Notes under the pieces: model-generated
Told to the model about the DNA's origin: nothing
The model's input: the letters and a program-made list of their open reading frames with translations, nothing else
Databases searched by the model: none
Shown here: positions 1-11,713 of the stretch, piece by piece
Numbering within the stretch: the first letter of the stretch is position 1
Layout: each line of letters starts with the position of its first letter
Made by a program: the position numbers and the translations under genes
Source of the DNA: the human T2T-CHM13v2.0 reference genome, Homo sapiens
Length of the DNA stretch: 64,000 bases
NCBI RefSeq assembly: GCF_009914755.1
Contig: NC_060930.1
Reading direction: 5' to 3' (one strand)

Positions 1-1038
1 TTGTTTTCGTCAGATTTGTTGAAGATCAGATGGTTGTATATGTGTGGTGTTATTTCTGAGGGCTTTATTCTGTTACATTGGTCTATATATCCGTTTTTGT
101 TTCAATACCATGCTGTTTTGGTTACTGTAGCCTTGTAGTATACTTTGAAGTCAGGTAGTGTGATGCCTCCAGCTTTCTTTTTGCTTAGGATTGTCTTGAC
201 TGTATGGGCTCTTTTCTGGTTCCATATGAAATTTAAAGTAGTTTTTCTAATTCTGTGAAGAAAGTCAATTGTAGCTTGATGGAAATAACATTGAATCTAT
301 AAATTATTTTGGGCAGTATAGCCATGTTCACGATATTGATTCTTCCTATCCATGAGCATGGAATGTTTTTCCATTTGTTTGTGTCCTCTCTTATTTCCTT
401 GAGCAGTGGTTTATAGTTCTCCTTGAAGAGGTACTTCATGTCCCTTGTAAGTTGTATTCCTAGGTATTTTATTCTCTTTGTAGCAATTGTGAATGGGAGT
501 TCACTCATCATTTGGCTGTTTGTCTGTTGTTGGTGTACAGGAATGCTTGTGATTTTTGCACATTGATTTTCATATCCTGAGATGCTGAATTTGCTTATAA
601 TCTTAAGGAGTTTTTGGGCTGAGACAACGGGGTTTTCTAAATATACAATCATGTCATCTGTAAACAGAGACAATTTGACTTCCTCTCTTCCTATTTGAAT
701 ACACTTTATTTCTTTCTCTTGCCTAATTGCCCTTGCCAGAAGTTCCAATACTATGCTGAATAGGAGTGGTGAGAGAGGGCATCCTTGTCATGTGACAGTT
801 TTCAAAGGGAATGCTTCCAGCTTTTGCCCATTCAGTATGATACTGGCTGTGGGTTTGTCATAAATAGCTCTTATTGTTTTGAGACATATTCCATCAATAC
901 CTAGTTTATTGAGTGTTTTTATCATGAAGCGGTGTTAAATTTTATTAAAGGCCTTTTCTGCATCTGTTGAGATAATCATGTGGTTTTTGTCATTGATTCT
1001 GTTTATGTGATGGATTACGTTTATTGATTTGGGTATGT
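1..1038 (-). mobile_element. L1PA (approx. L1PA7-8) ORF2 RT region, non-inverted part of a 5'-inverted L1; 3' end lies left of the window
   Basis: Minus-strand ORF 233-748 is L1 ORF2 RT ([27 protein letters not shown], degenerate YADD motif); frameshifted. Confidence 0.95.
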
Positions 1039-2412
1039 AGAGCTAACTATCCTAAATATATATGCACCCAGTACGGGAGTACCCAGATTCATAAAACAAG
1101 TTCTTAGAGACCTACAAAGAGACTTACGCTCCCACACAATAATACAGTGAGACTTTAACACCCCACTGTCAACATTAGACAGATCAATGAGACAGGAAAT
1201 TAACAGGAATATTCAGGACTTGAACTCTGCTCTGGTCCAAGTGGACCTAATAGACGTCTACAGCACTCTCCACTCCAAGTCAACAGAATGTACATTCTTC
1301 CGAGCACCACATAGCACTTATTCTAAAATCAACCACATAATTGGAAGTAAAACACTCCTCATCAAATGCGAAAAATGGAAATCATAACAGTCTCTCAGAC
1401 CACAGTGCAATCAAGTTAGAACTCAGGATTAAGAAACTCACTCAAAACCACACAACTGCATGGAAACTGAACAACCTGCTCCTGAATGACTACTAGGTAA
1501 ATAATGAAATTAAGTTAGAAATAACGAAGTTTTTTGAAACCAATGAGAACAAAGAGACAATGTACCAGAATCTCCAGGACACAGCTAAAGCAGTGTTAGG
1601 AGGCAAATTTATAGCACTAAAATGCCCATATCAGAAAGCTGGAAACATCTAAAATGGACATCCTAGCATCACAATTAAAAGAACAAGAGAAGTAAGAGCA
1701 AACAAATTTAAAAGCTAGCAGAAGACAAAAAGTAACTAAGATCAGAACTGAAGGAGATAGAGATACCAAAAACCCTTCCAAAAATAAATCATTGAATCCA
1801 GGAGCTGGCTTTTTGGAAAGGTTACCAAAATAGATTGACCACTAGCCAGACTAATAAAGAAGAAAATAGAGAAGAATCAAATAGATACAATAAAAAATGA
1901 TAAAGTGGAGATTACCACTGATCCCACAATAATATAAACTAGCATCAGATAATACTATAAACACCTCTATGCAAATAAACTAGAAAATCTAGAAGAAATG
2001 AATACATTCCTGGACACCTACACCCTCCCAAGACTAAACCAGGAAGAAGTTGAATTCCTGAATAGACCAATAGCAAGGTCTGAAATTGAGGCAGTAATTA
2101 ATAGCCTACCAACCAGAAAAAGCCCAGGACCAGACAAATTCACAGCTGAATTCTACAAAGAAGAGCTGGTACCATTCCTTCTGAAACTATTCCAAACAAT
2201 AGAAAAAGAGCGACTCCTCCCTAAGTCATTTTATGAGGCCAGCATCATCCTGACACCAAAACCTGGCAGAGCCACAACAACAAAAGAAAATTTTAGGCCA
2301 ATATCCCTGATGAACATTGATGTGAAAATCCTCAGTAAAATACTGGCAAACCAAATCCAGCAGCATATCAAAAAGCTTATCCACCATGATCAAGTTGGCT
2401 TCATCCCTGGGA
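1039..2412 (+). mobile_element. Inverted 5' segment of the same L1 (ORF2 endonuclease through [10 protein letters not shown])
   Basis: Plus-strand L1 EN/Z-region (ORFs 1187-1387, 1998-2534). Ends at CCCTGGGA, about 15 nt upstream in L1 coordinates of where the minus segment begins; followed by a T-run and AA (EN-type site). Confidence 0.93.
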
Positions 2413-2439
2413 CCTCCCTTTTTTTTTTTTTTTTTAATA

Positions 2440-2825
2440 ACATTTACTTTAAAATTACAACTGTAAATTCTTCCTCCCTTCCTTTGAGATATAAATATTT
2501 TTCCAGCCTCTTGACATTTTTTACCACCCACTGATGTCTTTCTCAAGGACCTGGAGGCCATCCTTTTGAAATGTAGTAAAGGAAGATAGTGTCACTATTT
2601 TCCAGTCTCTGTGAGTGGTAGGAGCCTAACTTCAATAGGAGACAATTAGCAAACACAGATGACCTAATCACATTGGCAATCATTCTGCTAAGAAGCTAGC
2701 TCACCCCAGTGCTTAAAAGCTCTTCTACCTTTTATTTCAGTAGAAGTCTTCCTCCCCTACTACAGTAGCCTGAATAAACTCATCTTACTATTTTTAACAA
2801 GTGTCCAGTGCATTTTTACTTAGAT
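2440..2825 (+). mobile_element. ERV1 LTR 3' portion, MER34/MER39-like
   Basis: GGAGCCTAACTTC, TTAGCAAACACAGATG.CCTAATCAC, AATAAA near 2773, TTTAACAAGTGTCCAGTG; resembles remembered consensus. Confidence 0.55.
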
Positions 2826-2844
2826 GGGACAAAGCCTAGGCCTT

Positions 2845-2902
2845 GGACTTTACCAAGTCCCCTGGGTGATTCTAATACTGACCCAAGTTTGAGAACCCCT
2901 TT
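2845..2902. mobile_element. MER5-like hAT-Charlie fragment
   Basis: CAAGTCCCCTGGGTGATTCTAAT...AAGTTTGAGAACC matches the MER5 terminus. Confidence 0.55.
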
Positions 2903-3039
2903 AGCTTTTGTAGTATTTTTCAAAACACCACAGTAATAAGTCTTGAAATTTATTTGTGGTTATAAGACAAATTTGTAATGCCGGAGAAATACTCCCTTAC
3001 TTCAATGGCATTTTTTAAAATTAAAAAAAAAAAAAAAAG

Positions 3040-3340
3040 GGCCAGGTGTGCTGCCACCTGTAATCTCAGCACATTGGAAAGCTGAGGTGGGAGGATTGCT
3101 TGAGGACAGGAATTGAAGATCACCCTGGGCAACACAGGGAGACCGCCATCTCTACAAAAAAAAAAAAATTTAGCTGGATGTGGTGATGTGCACTTGTAGT
3201 CCCAGCAACTTGGGAGGCCGAGGTGGGAGGATAGCTTGAGCCCAGGTGTTTGGGGTTACAATAAGCCATAATTGTGCCACTGCATTCCAGCCTGGGAAAT
3301 AGAATAAGACCCTGTCTCTTAAGAAATGATAATAATAACA
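3040..3340 (+). mobile_element. AluJ
   Basis: Dimeric Alu with GGAGGATTGCTTGAG and AGACCCTGTCTC J-type diagnostics; highly diverged. Confidence 0.92.
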
Positions 3341-3940
3341 AATATTAAATAAAATAGTTATTGCTCACTTTGTCTTTTTCTTTACCTCAATCTAGCCATA
3401 ATTCTAAACTTTAACCAATTGGATATTCTTGGTTCCTAAGGAATGTGGCCTAGGTCTCTCAGTGAGAGTGGCTTAGCATGGCACTTACTCTAAGCAGACA
3501 GAGAAATGGGATTCAGTGAAGAGGAGAGGTATGGAGTGTGTTAAAGCCCCTTGGGTGGTTCTGCTTTTCCAATCCACCTCCTCACTGAGAAAACTTGCTT
3601 GTGACATTCTTGGGTTGTCCCTTGGTTTGTCTGGGTAAGTTGCTCAGAAAGGAGATAATGTCCTACTCATTTGTTTTCTCACTTCCTAGCACAGTGCCTG
3701 GCAATAAGTTAAAGCTTAATAAAGTATTCTTTTTTTCTCTAGTCCTTTGTAGGATTTTTCCCAGTGTGTATCCTAAGCCATCTTCTTCTTTTTTTTTTTT
3801 TTTGGCCTGGCATGGTATTAAAATTAATTTAACTTTGCATGTGAAATTTTTCTGTGGGACTAGAACATTCCAGATTAGAATAGGAAGGAAATTAGTAACT
3901 TTGTATTTTATTTCTCTAGCAAAAGAATTACCAATTTTTA

Positions 3941-6067
3941 TGGGTAAAAGCTGGAAGCATTCCTCTTGAACACAAGAACAAGACAAGGGCCCTTTCTCAC
4001 CAGTCCTATTTAACATAGTAGCGGAAATCCTGGCCAGAGCAATCAGTCAAGAGAAAGAAATAAAAAGCATCCAAATAGCAAGAGAGGAAGTCAAACTATC
4101 CCTGTTTGCAGATAGTAAGATTCTACACATAGGAAACCCCATAGTCTCTGCCTAAAATCTCCTTAATCTGTTAAACAACTTCAGCAAAGTTTCAAGATAC
4201 AAAATCAATGTACACACATCAGTAGTATTCCTATATACCAACAACAACCAAGCTGAAAGCCAAATCAAGAATGCAATCCTATTCACAGTAGCCACAAAAA
4301 GAATAAAATACCTAGGAATACAGCTAATGAGGGAGGTCAAAGATCTCTACAGTGAGAATTACAAAACACTGTTGGAAGAAATCAGAGGTGACACAAGCAA
4401 ATGGAAAACATTTCCATGGTCATAGATAGGAAGAATCAATATGGTTAAATTGGCCATACTGCCCAAAGCAATGAGCAGATTCAGTGCTATTCCTATCAAA
4501 CTACCAATGACATTCCTCGCAGAATGATAAAAAACTATTTTTAAATTCATATGGAACAAAAAAAGAGCTCAAATAGCCAAGGCAACTCTCAGCAAAAAGA
4601 ACAAAGCTGGAGGCATCATCTTACCTGACTGCAAACTATAGTACAAGGCTACAGTAACCCAAACAGCATGCTACTGTCACAAAAACAGACACATAGACAA
4701 ATGGAACAGAATAGATAGCCCAGAAATAATGCTGCACACCTACAACCATGTGATCTTTGACAAAGTCAACAAAAACAAGCAATGGGGAAAGGACTCCATA
4801 TTTAATAAATGGTGCTGTGATAACTGGCTCACCATATGCACAAGATTGAAACTGGACCTCTTCCTTATACCATATACAAAAATCAACTCAAGATGGATTA
4901 AAGACTTCAATATAAAACCTCAAACTATAAAAACCCTAGAAGATAACCTAGGAAATCTCATTCTAGAAATAGGACCTGACAAAAGTTTCATGACAGAGTC
5001 ATCAAAAGCAATTGCAACAAAAATGAAGATTCACACATGGGACTTAATTAAACTGAAGAGCTGCTGCACAGCAAAAGAAACTATCAACAGAGTAAACAGA
5101 CAACCATAGAATGGGAGAAAATATTTGCAATCTATGCATCCAACAAAGGTCTAGTATCCAGAATCTATGATGAACATAAACAAATCTACAAGCAGAAAAC
5201 AAACAACCCCATTAAAAAATGGGCAAAAAACATGAACAGATACTTTTCAAAAGAAGATGTATATGTGGCCAACAAACATATGAAAAAATGTTCAACATCA
5301 CTAATCATTAGAGAAATCCAAATGAAAACCACAATGAGTTACCATCTAACATTTCAGAATGGCTATTATTAAAAAGTCAAAAAATAACAGATGCTTATGA
5401 AGTGGAAAAAAGTGGAGATAAGAGAATGCTTATACACTGCTGGTGGGAATGTAAGTTAGTTCAGCCATTGTGGACAGCTATTTAGCTTTCTCAAAGAATT
5501 CCTCAAAGAATTCAAAGCAGAATTACAATTTGACCAAGCAATCCCGTTATTGGGTATATACCTAAAGAAATATAAATTGTTCCACCATAAAGATGCATGC
5601 ACATGTATATTCATCACAGCAGTATTCACAATAGCAAAAACATGGAATTAACCTAAATGCCCATCAACAGTAGACTGGATAAAGAAAATGTGGTACATAT
5701 ACACCAAGGAATACTACATAGTCATAAAAAGCAATGAGATCATATCCTTTGCAGCAACATGGATAGAGCTGGAGGCCATTGTTCTAAGTGAATATGGGAA
5801 CAGAAAACCAAATATTACCTGTTCTGACTTATAAATGGGAGCTAAACATTGAGTACATATGGACACAAAAAAGGTAACAACAGACATCAGGACCTACATA
5901 AGGTTGGAGGGAGGAAAGAGGGTAAGGACTGAAAAACTACCTATTGGGTACTATGTCTGTTACCTGGGTGGCAAAATAATCTGTACACCAAACCCTTTTG
6001 ACACGCAGTTTACCTGCACATGTACTCCTAAACCTAAAAGAAAAGGAAAAAAAAAGTTGGAGACAAA
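3941..6067 (+). mobile_element. 5'-truncated L1 (L1PA13-16/L1PB-type 3' UTR)
   Basis: ORF2 C-terminal half (ORF 4729-5109), 3' UTR GAAAAACTACCTATTGGGTACTATG, A-rich tail; degenerate TSD AAAAGAATTACCAATTTT (3921) / AAAAAATCACCAATTCT (~6067). Confidence 0.93.
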
Positions 6068-6234
6068 AAAAATCACCAATTCTAAATCACTTAATACATT
6101 TAAAAATTAGTCATAAAATCTAAGTACGTATTTCCAGTTGAGGAAACAAAGGCAGAATACCTCAGTTGCTCCAGGTCAGATAGTCAAGTTGTGCTGAGTT
6201 AAGACTCGACCTCTGTCTCATTATTGTCCTAAGT

Positions 6235-6312
6235 TATTCATTCATTAAACAGTTACTGAGAGCCTATTATGTGCCACGTACTATATTAGCTACTGGAGAT
6301 ACAAAAGCAAAT
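6235..6312 (-). mobile_element. L2 3' fragment
   Basis: ATTCATTCATT...GAGAGCCTATTATGTGCCA...GGAGATACA. Confidence 0.6.
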
Positions 6313-6313
6313 A

Positions 6314-6450
6314 TGTTAAATAATCAAAAGGATCATAATCTGATTTAAAGAGAATGTATTCAAGTGCACAGTTTGAGGGTAGCCCTCCTAGAAACACTAA
6401 CTTTAAGGAATGGAGTCAGCCTTCGGAAGTAGAGAAGTTTCATTTATACT
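6314..6450 (-). mobile_element. ERV1-like LTR fragment, family uncertain
   Basis: Starts TGTTAAA; TTTAAAGAGAATGTATTCAAGTGCACAGTTTGAGG resembles an antisense LTR U5/R end. Confidence 0.35.
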
Positions 6451-6451
6451 T

Positions 6452-6627
6452 CCTTGTCATAGGGGGCTGTTTTGCACAATGCAGGATGTTTAGTAGCGTC
6501 CCTGACCAAATGCTAGTAGCACCCACCAGATGCCAGTAGCATTCTCCAATTTTAACAAACAAAAATGTCCCCAGATATGGCCAGATGTCCACTGTGGGGT
6601 AAAATCACCCCAAGTTGAGAACCAATA
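6452..6627 (-). mobile_element. MER20 DNA transposon
   Basis: GCAGGATGTTTAG, CCAGATGCCAGTAGCA, AAAATGTCCCCAGA, CAAGTTGAGAACCA equal the reverse complement of MER20. Confidence 0.85.
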
Positions 6628-7725
6628 TACTAGAAGAAATATGTAGATTTGCCTCACTGAGGTGAAATCATACAGAATCATTATATTTTAGGTTTTATTT
6701 AAATACTCTACATGTTAAGGACTCTAAAATGACCAATAAATAATGAGCTTTGAATACAAGAAAAGAAAGCAAGCATACTAATAATTTTAAAGAGTATTAT
6801 CTGCTTATTGAACAATTCAGAAGGACACATCCATGTTTATTTAGTCACTATGAAATTTATGGATGGATTGTATGACAGCAATACAACCTTTCTTGGCAAA
6901 CTGTCATTATCCTTTCATCTGGGTCTGTATATCACATAGGTGTCAGGCCTATGGAGATTAAGACTTGATTAAAAAGCTCTGTGTGTGTATAAGTACATGA
7001 TACTTACTAACAAATTCTTTTAAAAAATCTTTATAACAAAGTCTATGTTTAAAAATAACAACACAAATCTTTATAAATCATTCAAATAAAGTTGGATGCA
7101 TTTCTAGCTGAACATAACAGAAACATCTTGACACAGCTTCTTTTTCTCTAGAGAAATTCCAGGTATGGAGTTTCCTAGACTGAGTTATGAATCCTGTAAA
7201 GATTGTTACAGCTCTCCAATAACTCATTTTCTGAATTTCCTTCCCCCTTTAGTAGAGGCACTTCTTCCTTTTAGGCATACTTAGGCTTTCTTGTGGCATG
7301 CATTCCCCTACACCCTACCCTAGTAGGGTAGGTAAGTCTCTGATTCCTGTGATAGATGCTATTTGCCTGCTTGACTTTGAATCAGCCTCAGTAAACCAAG
7401 CACGTGCACATTAATTTGAATTATCACAAGAAAGACTCCATACCTCTCTTCCCTACCTTGATTTCATACGTCATCGACCACGTAAGGAGATGGAGGAGGG
7501 AAGGGTAAGGGGTTCACTGCAATTAAGTGTTGATAGTTTCTTTTGAGCACTTTCTTTGGATTTATTGAGGTTGAGCCTGTTAACCCAAACAAGGAAAAAA
7601 AAGTGACTAATTATCTTTAATTTTGGAATTGGATGTAAACTCTACTGTTGAAAAATACATTTAATAACACTTCCTCTTAACCTACGTGAATTTGAAAAGA
7701 AGTTACTTCTTGTGCTCTAGGAACT

Positions 7726-8149
7726 TGCTATGGTTTGGATGTTTGTCTCCCCAGATCTCATGTTGAAACTTGATCCCCAGTGTTGGAGGTGAGACCTAAG
7801 GGGAGGTGCTTGAGTGATTCTTGGGTATAGATCTCTCATGAATGGTTTGGTCCCATCCTCATGGTAATGAGTGAGTTCTTGCACTATTAGCTCCTATGAG
7901 AACTGGTTGTTTAAAAAACCTAGCATCTCCCTGCCCTCCTCCCTTGCTGCTTCTCTCACCATGTGATTTCTGCACATGCCCTTTGTTTCCCACCTTGAGT
8001 GGAAGACACCTAAAGTCCTTACTGGGAGCAGATACTAGTACCATACTTCTTTTACAGCCTGCAGAACCATGAGCCAAATAAACCTCTTTTCTTTATAAGT
8101 TACTCAGCCTCAGGTTATTCCTTTATAGTAACACAAATAGGCTAAGACA
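7726..8149 (+). mobile_element. MSTB-type MaLR solo LTR
   Basis: TGCTATGGTTTGGATG...CTAAGACA ends, AATAAA, exact 5-bp TSD GAACT (7721-7725 / 8150-8154). Confidence 0.92.
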
Positions 8150-9904
8150 GAACTAGAACCTAAACTCTGTTTCCAAAACGTGTGCGCAAGTTTGAATAAA
8201 ATCAAGTAAGTGTTAGAAAAAAATTCTTATTGCGTTTGCATGAATGTGTACACATATGCCTGTGTATATCTACTATCTACACACACATGTATGTCCACTT
8301 ATATGTAGGAAACAGTCAGTATTTTTTGACAAATTTATATTTTAGGCATTTACATGGTGGTGGTTTCTCCACATGCATATATGAATAATTACACTCTAAC
8401 TCACTTCAGTAATTTTATAATTTGCCTCATAGCAAAATATCTCTTTCCATTTTAAAGAAATTACTGTGGCCTTTTAAAAAAGAATATAAGGGAAATAATG
8501 ACTTTTTTTTTTTTGTATTTTATACCCATACCACATCCAAAAGCTTTAGGATTCAAACACAAAGTAGCAAGCATTTACGTAGAAAGCAAATCCAAAGAAA
8601 AGAGGATTTATATGAGACCAACTAACCAAGTAGGGATTGAATTCCAAATTCAGAGAAAAAAAGGTTTATTAAAATATGTCAGCTCATCAATTTCTAGATT
8701 ACGCTTTTGAAATAGCCAGTGGCCCTCTTTCAGGTGATTTCAGATAGCAGTTCATTTTCTTTCAGGTAATAGGATTGAATAAATAGAGAAGGAAGTATTT
8801 CTACCTATTTAATCCCTTGATGCTGGCATATATCAGCCTGCTACATAACTATGCTTCCATTTATAGTTTAAGTATTTTTTTGTTACATTTAGATTATAAG
8901 AATGATTTCAGTCCATGGCCATTTAAAGTGGATCCAAGCTGAGATCACATTGAGAATAAGCCTCTTACTGTTTGCTGAGCTAGTGGTCTGGTGACCTATA
9001 AGAACATCTGTCAGCATACCTTGTTATGAATAAGATATTTTGTTCTAGGTTAAGGCAGAATTTTTCATTGCAGAAGTACCTGGAGGTGGTGTGTGGCAAA
9101 TAACAATGGAGAGAGCAAAATGGCTACAGCCTATTTGGATTTTTGAGCCTCGATAGAATGATGGAGGGGAAAAAGCTGAAGGAGCTGCTTTCATGAGAAA
9201 TGCCATGATGCTTGTGGAATGAGCTGGGCTGCTTCAAGGACAATGACAGAGGACTGCACAGAGTATGTGAGGGGGTCATTTTTTCATCCTCAGATAACAA
9301 TTGGCATAGACTACTATTCCAAGACTGTCTTCTTTGGGAACATGGAGGCGGCACCTTAACATGGGCCCAGGCATTTCATGGAAGTTATGGGAGGGTATGG
9401 CTGTGATTGGCAGTTTTCCTGCAGGAAGGCAACCCTCAGAGGGAGAAGTTGGAAGCAGATAACATAGCAGATTTATTCTTCCCCTGTTGGACACTTCCAG
9501 AAATACCTGGGCAAGGGACCCTTCCAGAGATCGGAGTCCTTCCTCCATGAGCAAAAAGACAGTGAACCACTGAATATTGGATATCTGCTGATGCAGCTTC
9601 CTCTCTTTCCACAGGCTGGTGACATCTAGAGACATCCAAGTTATCTTGAAACTCCATAGATAATGGAGTTTCAAAATTACTGTGATGGTCATTTTTAAAT
9701 GAAGGGTGCATTGAATTACAAACAAATAAAAAATACGAACAACACCTGAGTGATGTTCACAAATACAGTTTTGTTTTCACAGTCTGGACTCATTATACAA
9801 CTTCTGAATTATCTTTGTGCATATAAATGAACTTAATAATTTGATGAGGATGAGGGAGAAAATGTAGTTCAGAAACAATTGGTCAAGATTCTGAGAATAC
9901 AGCC

Positions 9905-10325
9905 TGTATTAGTCTATTCTTGCATTGCTATGAAGAAATACCTGAGACTGGGTTATTTATAAATAAAAGAGGTTTAATTGGCTCATGGTTCTTCTGGCTG
10001 TACAGGAAGCATAATGTTTTCTGCTTCTGGGGAGGCCTCAGAAAGCTTCTAATAGTGGTGGAAGACAAAGGGGGAATGAAGCACTTTACATGGCCAGAGT
10101 AGGATGAAGAGAGAGATGGGGGAGGTGCCACACACTTTTAAATGACCAAATTTCATGAGAACTCACTCATCCACTATCATGAGAGTAGCACCAAGAGGAT
10201 GGTGCTAAACCATTCATGAGAAACTGCCCCCATGATCCAGTCACCTCCTGCCACGCCTCACCTCTAACATTGGGTATTACAATTCAACATGTGGTTTGGT
10301 GGAGATACAGATCCAAACTGTATGA
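9905..10325 (-). mobile_element. MSTA MaLR solo LTR
   Basis: TGTATTAGTC...ATACCTGAGACTGGG...GGTGCTAAACCATTCATGAG...CAGATCCAAAC. Confidence 0.92.
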
Positions 10326-10779
10326 AAATCTGTAAGTTGTATCTGTTTATTCAGAAAGATTATATTCTCAGTTTCAGAATTTAAGAATTACATATTAAAT
10401 TATCAGATAACTTATTTGGTAGAAAAGTTAGGATTACAATTCTATTTTTATTTAACTAGTGCTAGAACACACATTAAAGCACATTTTATTATAGTGTGCT
10501 ATACTGAAAATTGGAGATCTGTTAGCTGGACAATGGACTAATTGTCAATATGCCCTGTACTGTATGACTTTATGAAACTTGGAAAATACTTCAGATTGGG
10601 GAATAGTATGAGGTATACTATGGGAGGTTTTGAGTCACTATTAGTATATTTTAAGTTCGTGCTTTTGTTTTGCAGTGATTTGGGGCTGTGATTGCTCAGA
10701 AACATTTCTACTCTAGCACAAAAACATAGAGCTATTTATTTTATTTGCACTATTTTGCTACCAAAGTAGCAGTGTACTC

Positions 10780-10870
10780 CTCTACTTACTGACCGAAAGA
10801 TACTGAACAAGTTATTTTTTTCAACCACAGTTTTGTCATTTGCAAAGTGGGGATAAAAGAAGCCCTAATA
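10780..10870 (+). mobile_element. MIR fragment
   Basis: Degenerate MIR core (AACAAGTTATTT...CAGTTTTGTCATTTGCAAAGTGGGGATAA). Confidence 0.5.
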
Positions 10871-11159
10871 ATATTGGTGTGTTAAGAAACTGAGATATAG
10901 TCATTCCCAGCATCTGACTGTTGAGCACTCTCCAGCTTTTCCTTTCTGTAATGCAATTCTTGTAAAAAACAAAGTCTTGGATTTAAATTCTGCTCTATGA
11001 TCTTTTTTTCTGCCAAATGTTCCAGGGTTATAATTATATTGTTTTCATATATTAATTCTATACTCAGATGATGGCCTGTCAATGATGTAGACTGAAGTAT
11101 ACTTATCTCTAAATCAGTAAGTCTCCAATTTTGGTATTTTTTGGAAATGTCTTATATTT

Positions 11160-11635
11160 GTCATCTCTCTTTCCTTCCTAACACCGTAATTCTAGTTTGG
11201 GTGCTTATCATCTCATATAGGGATTACTGAGCAACACCTAGCAGGCATCGCTGATACCAGATTTCCCCAGTTCCATTCAATGTGCATTATGTTGCAAAGA
11301 TTATTTTCTGTAAAAGTTGTATCATTCCCCTTATCAACTTCAAGACATTCAGTGGATTGATAAAATTTTAAATTTTATTATGCCCTCCTAATTTCTTTCC
11401 TAGCTTTGATGGCTCTTTATAACAAGAAACATTTTTATCTCCCATTTCTCAATATCCCTCTTCCTATATACTCCAAACTCCAGGCAGGAAGTTTTTTTAG
11501 TGTGTTTGTTTGTTCTGACCTCTGTGCTTTTGAGTGCGCTGTTCCCCTCATCTGGCATGCTTCTCCTTTCCTACTCATCTTTCAGGCATCATCCTGGTTT
11601 TTCTTTGCCCTTGATGCTTCCTACCCAAGTTAGAT
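11160..11635 (+). mobile_element. L2 fragments
   Basis: ATCATCTCA..GGATTACTG and CTTTTGAGTGCGCTGTTCCCCTCATCTGG, typical L2 motifs. Confidence 0.5.
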
Positions 11636-11713
11636 GAAACCTCACCAAATCATTATGTTTAGTACTCCTTTACCATCGATTTTTATACATACAGTAACTA
11701 ATTGATCCTGACC

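Noticed and set aside
233-5109. ORFs of 120-180 aa (233-748, 1998-2534, 4729-5109) as protein-coding genes
   Set aside because: They are frameshifted fragments of L1 ORF2.
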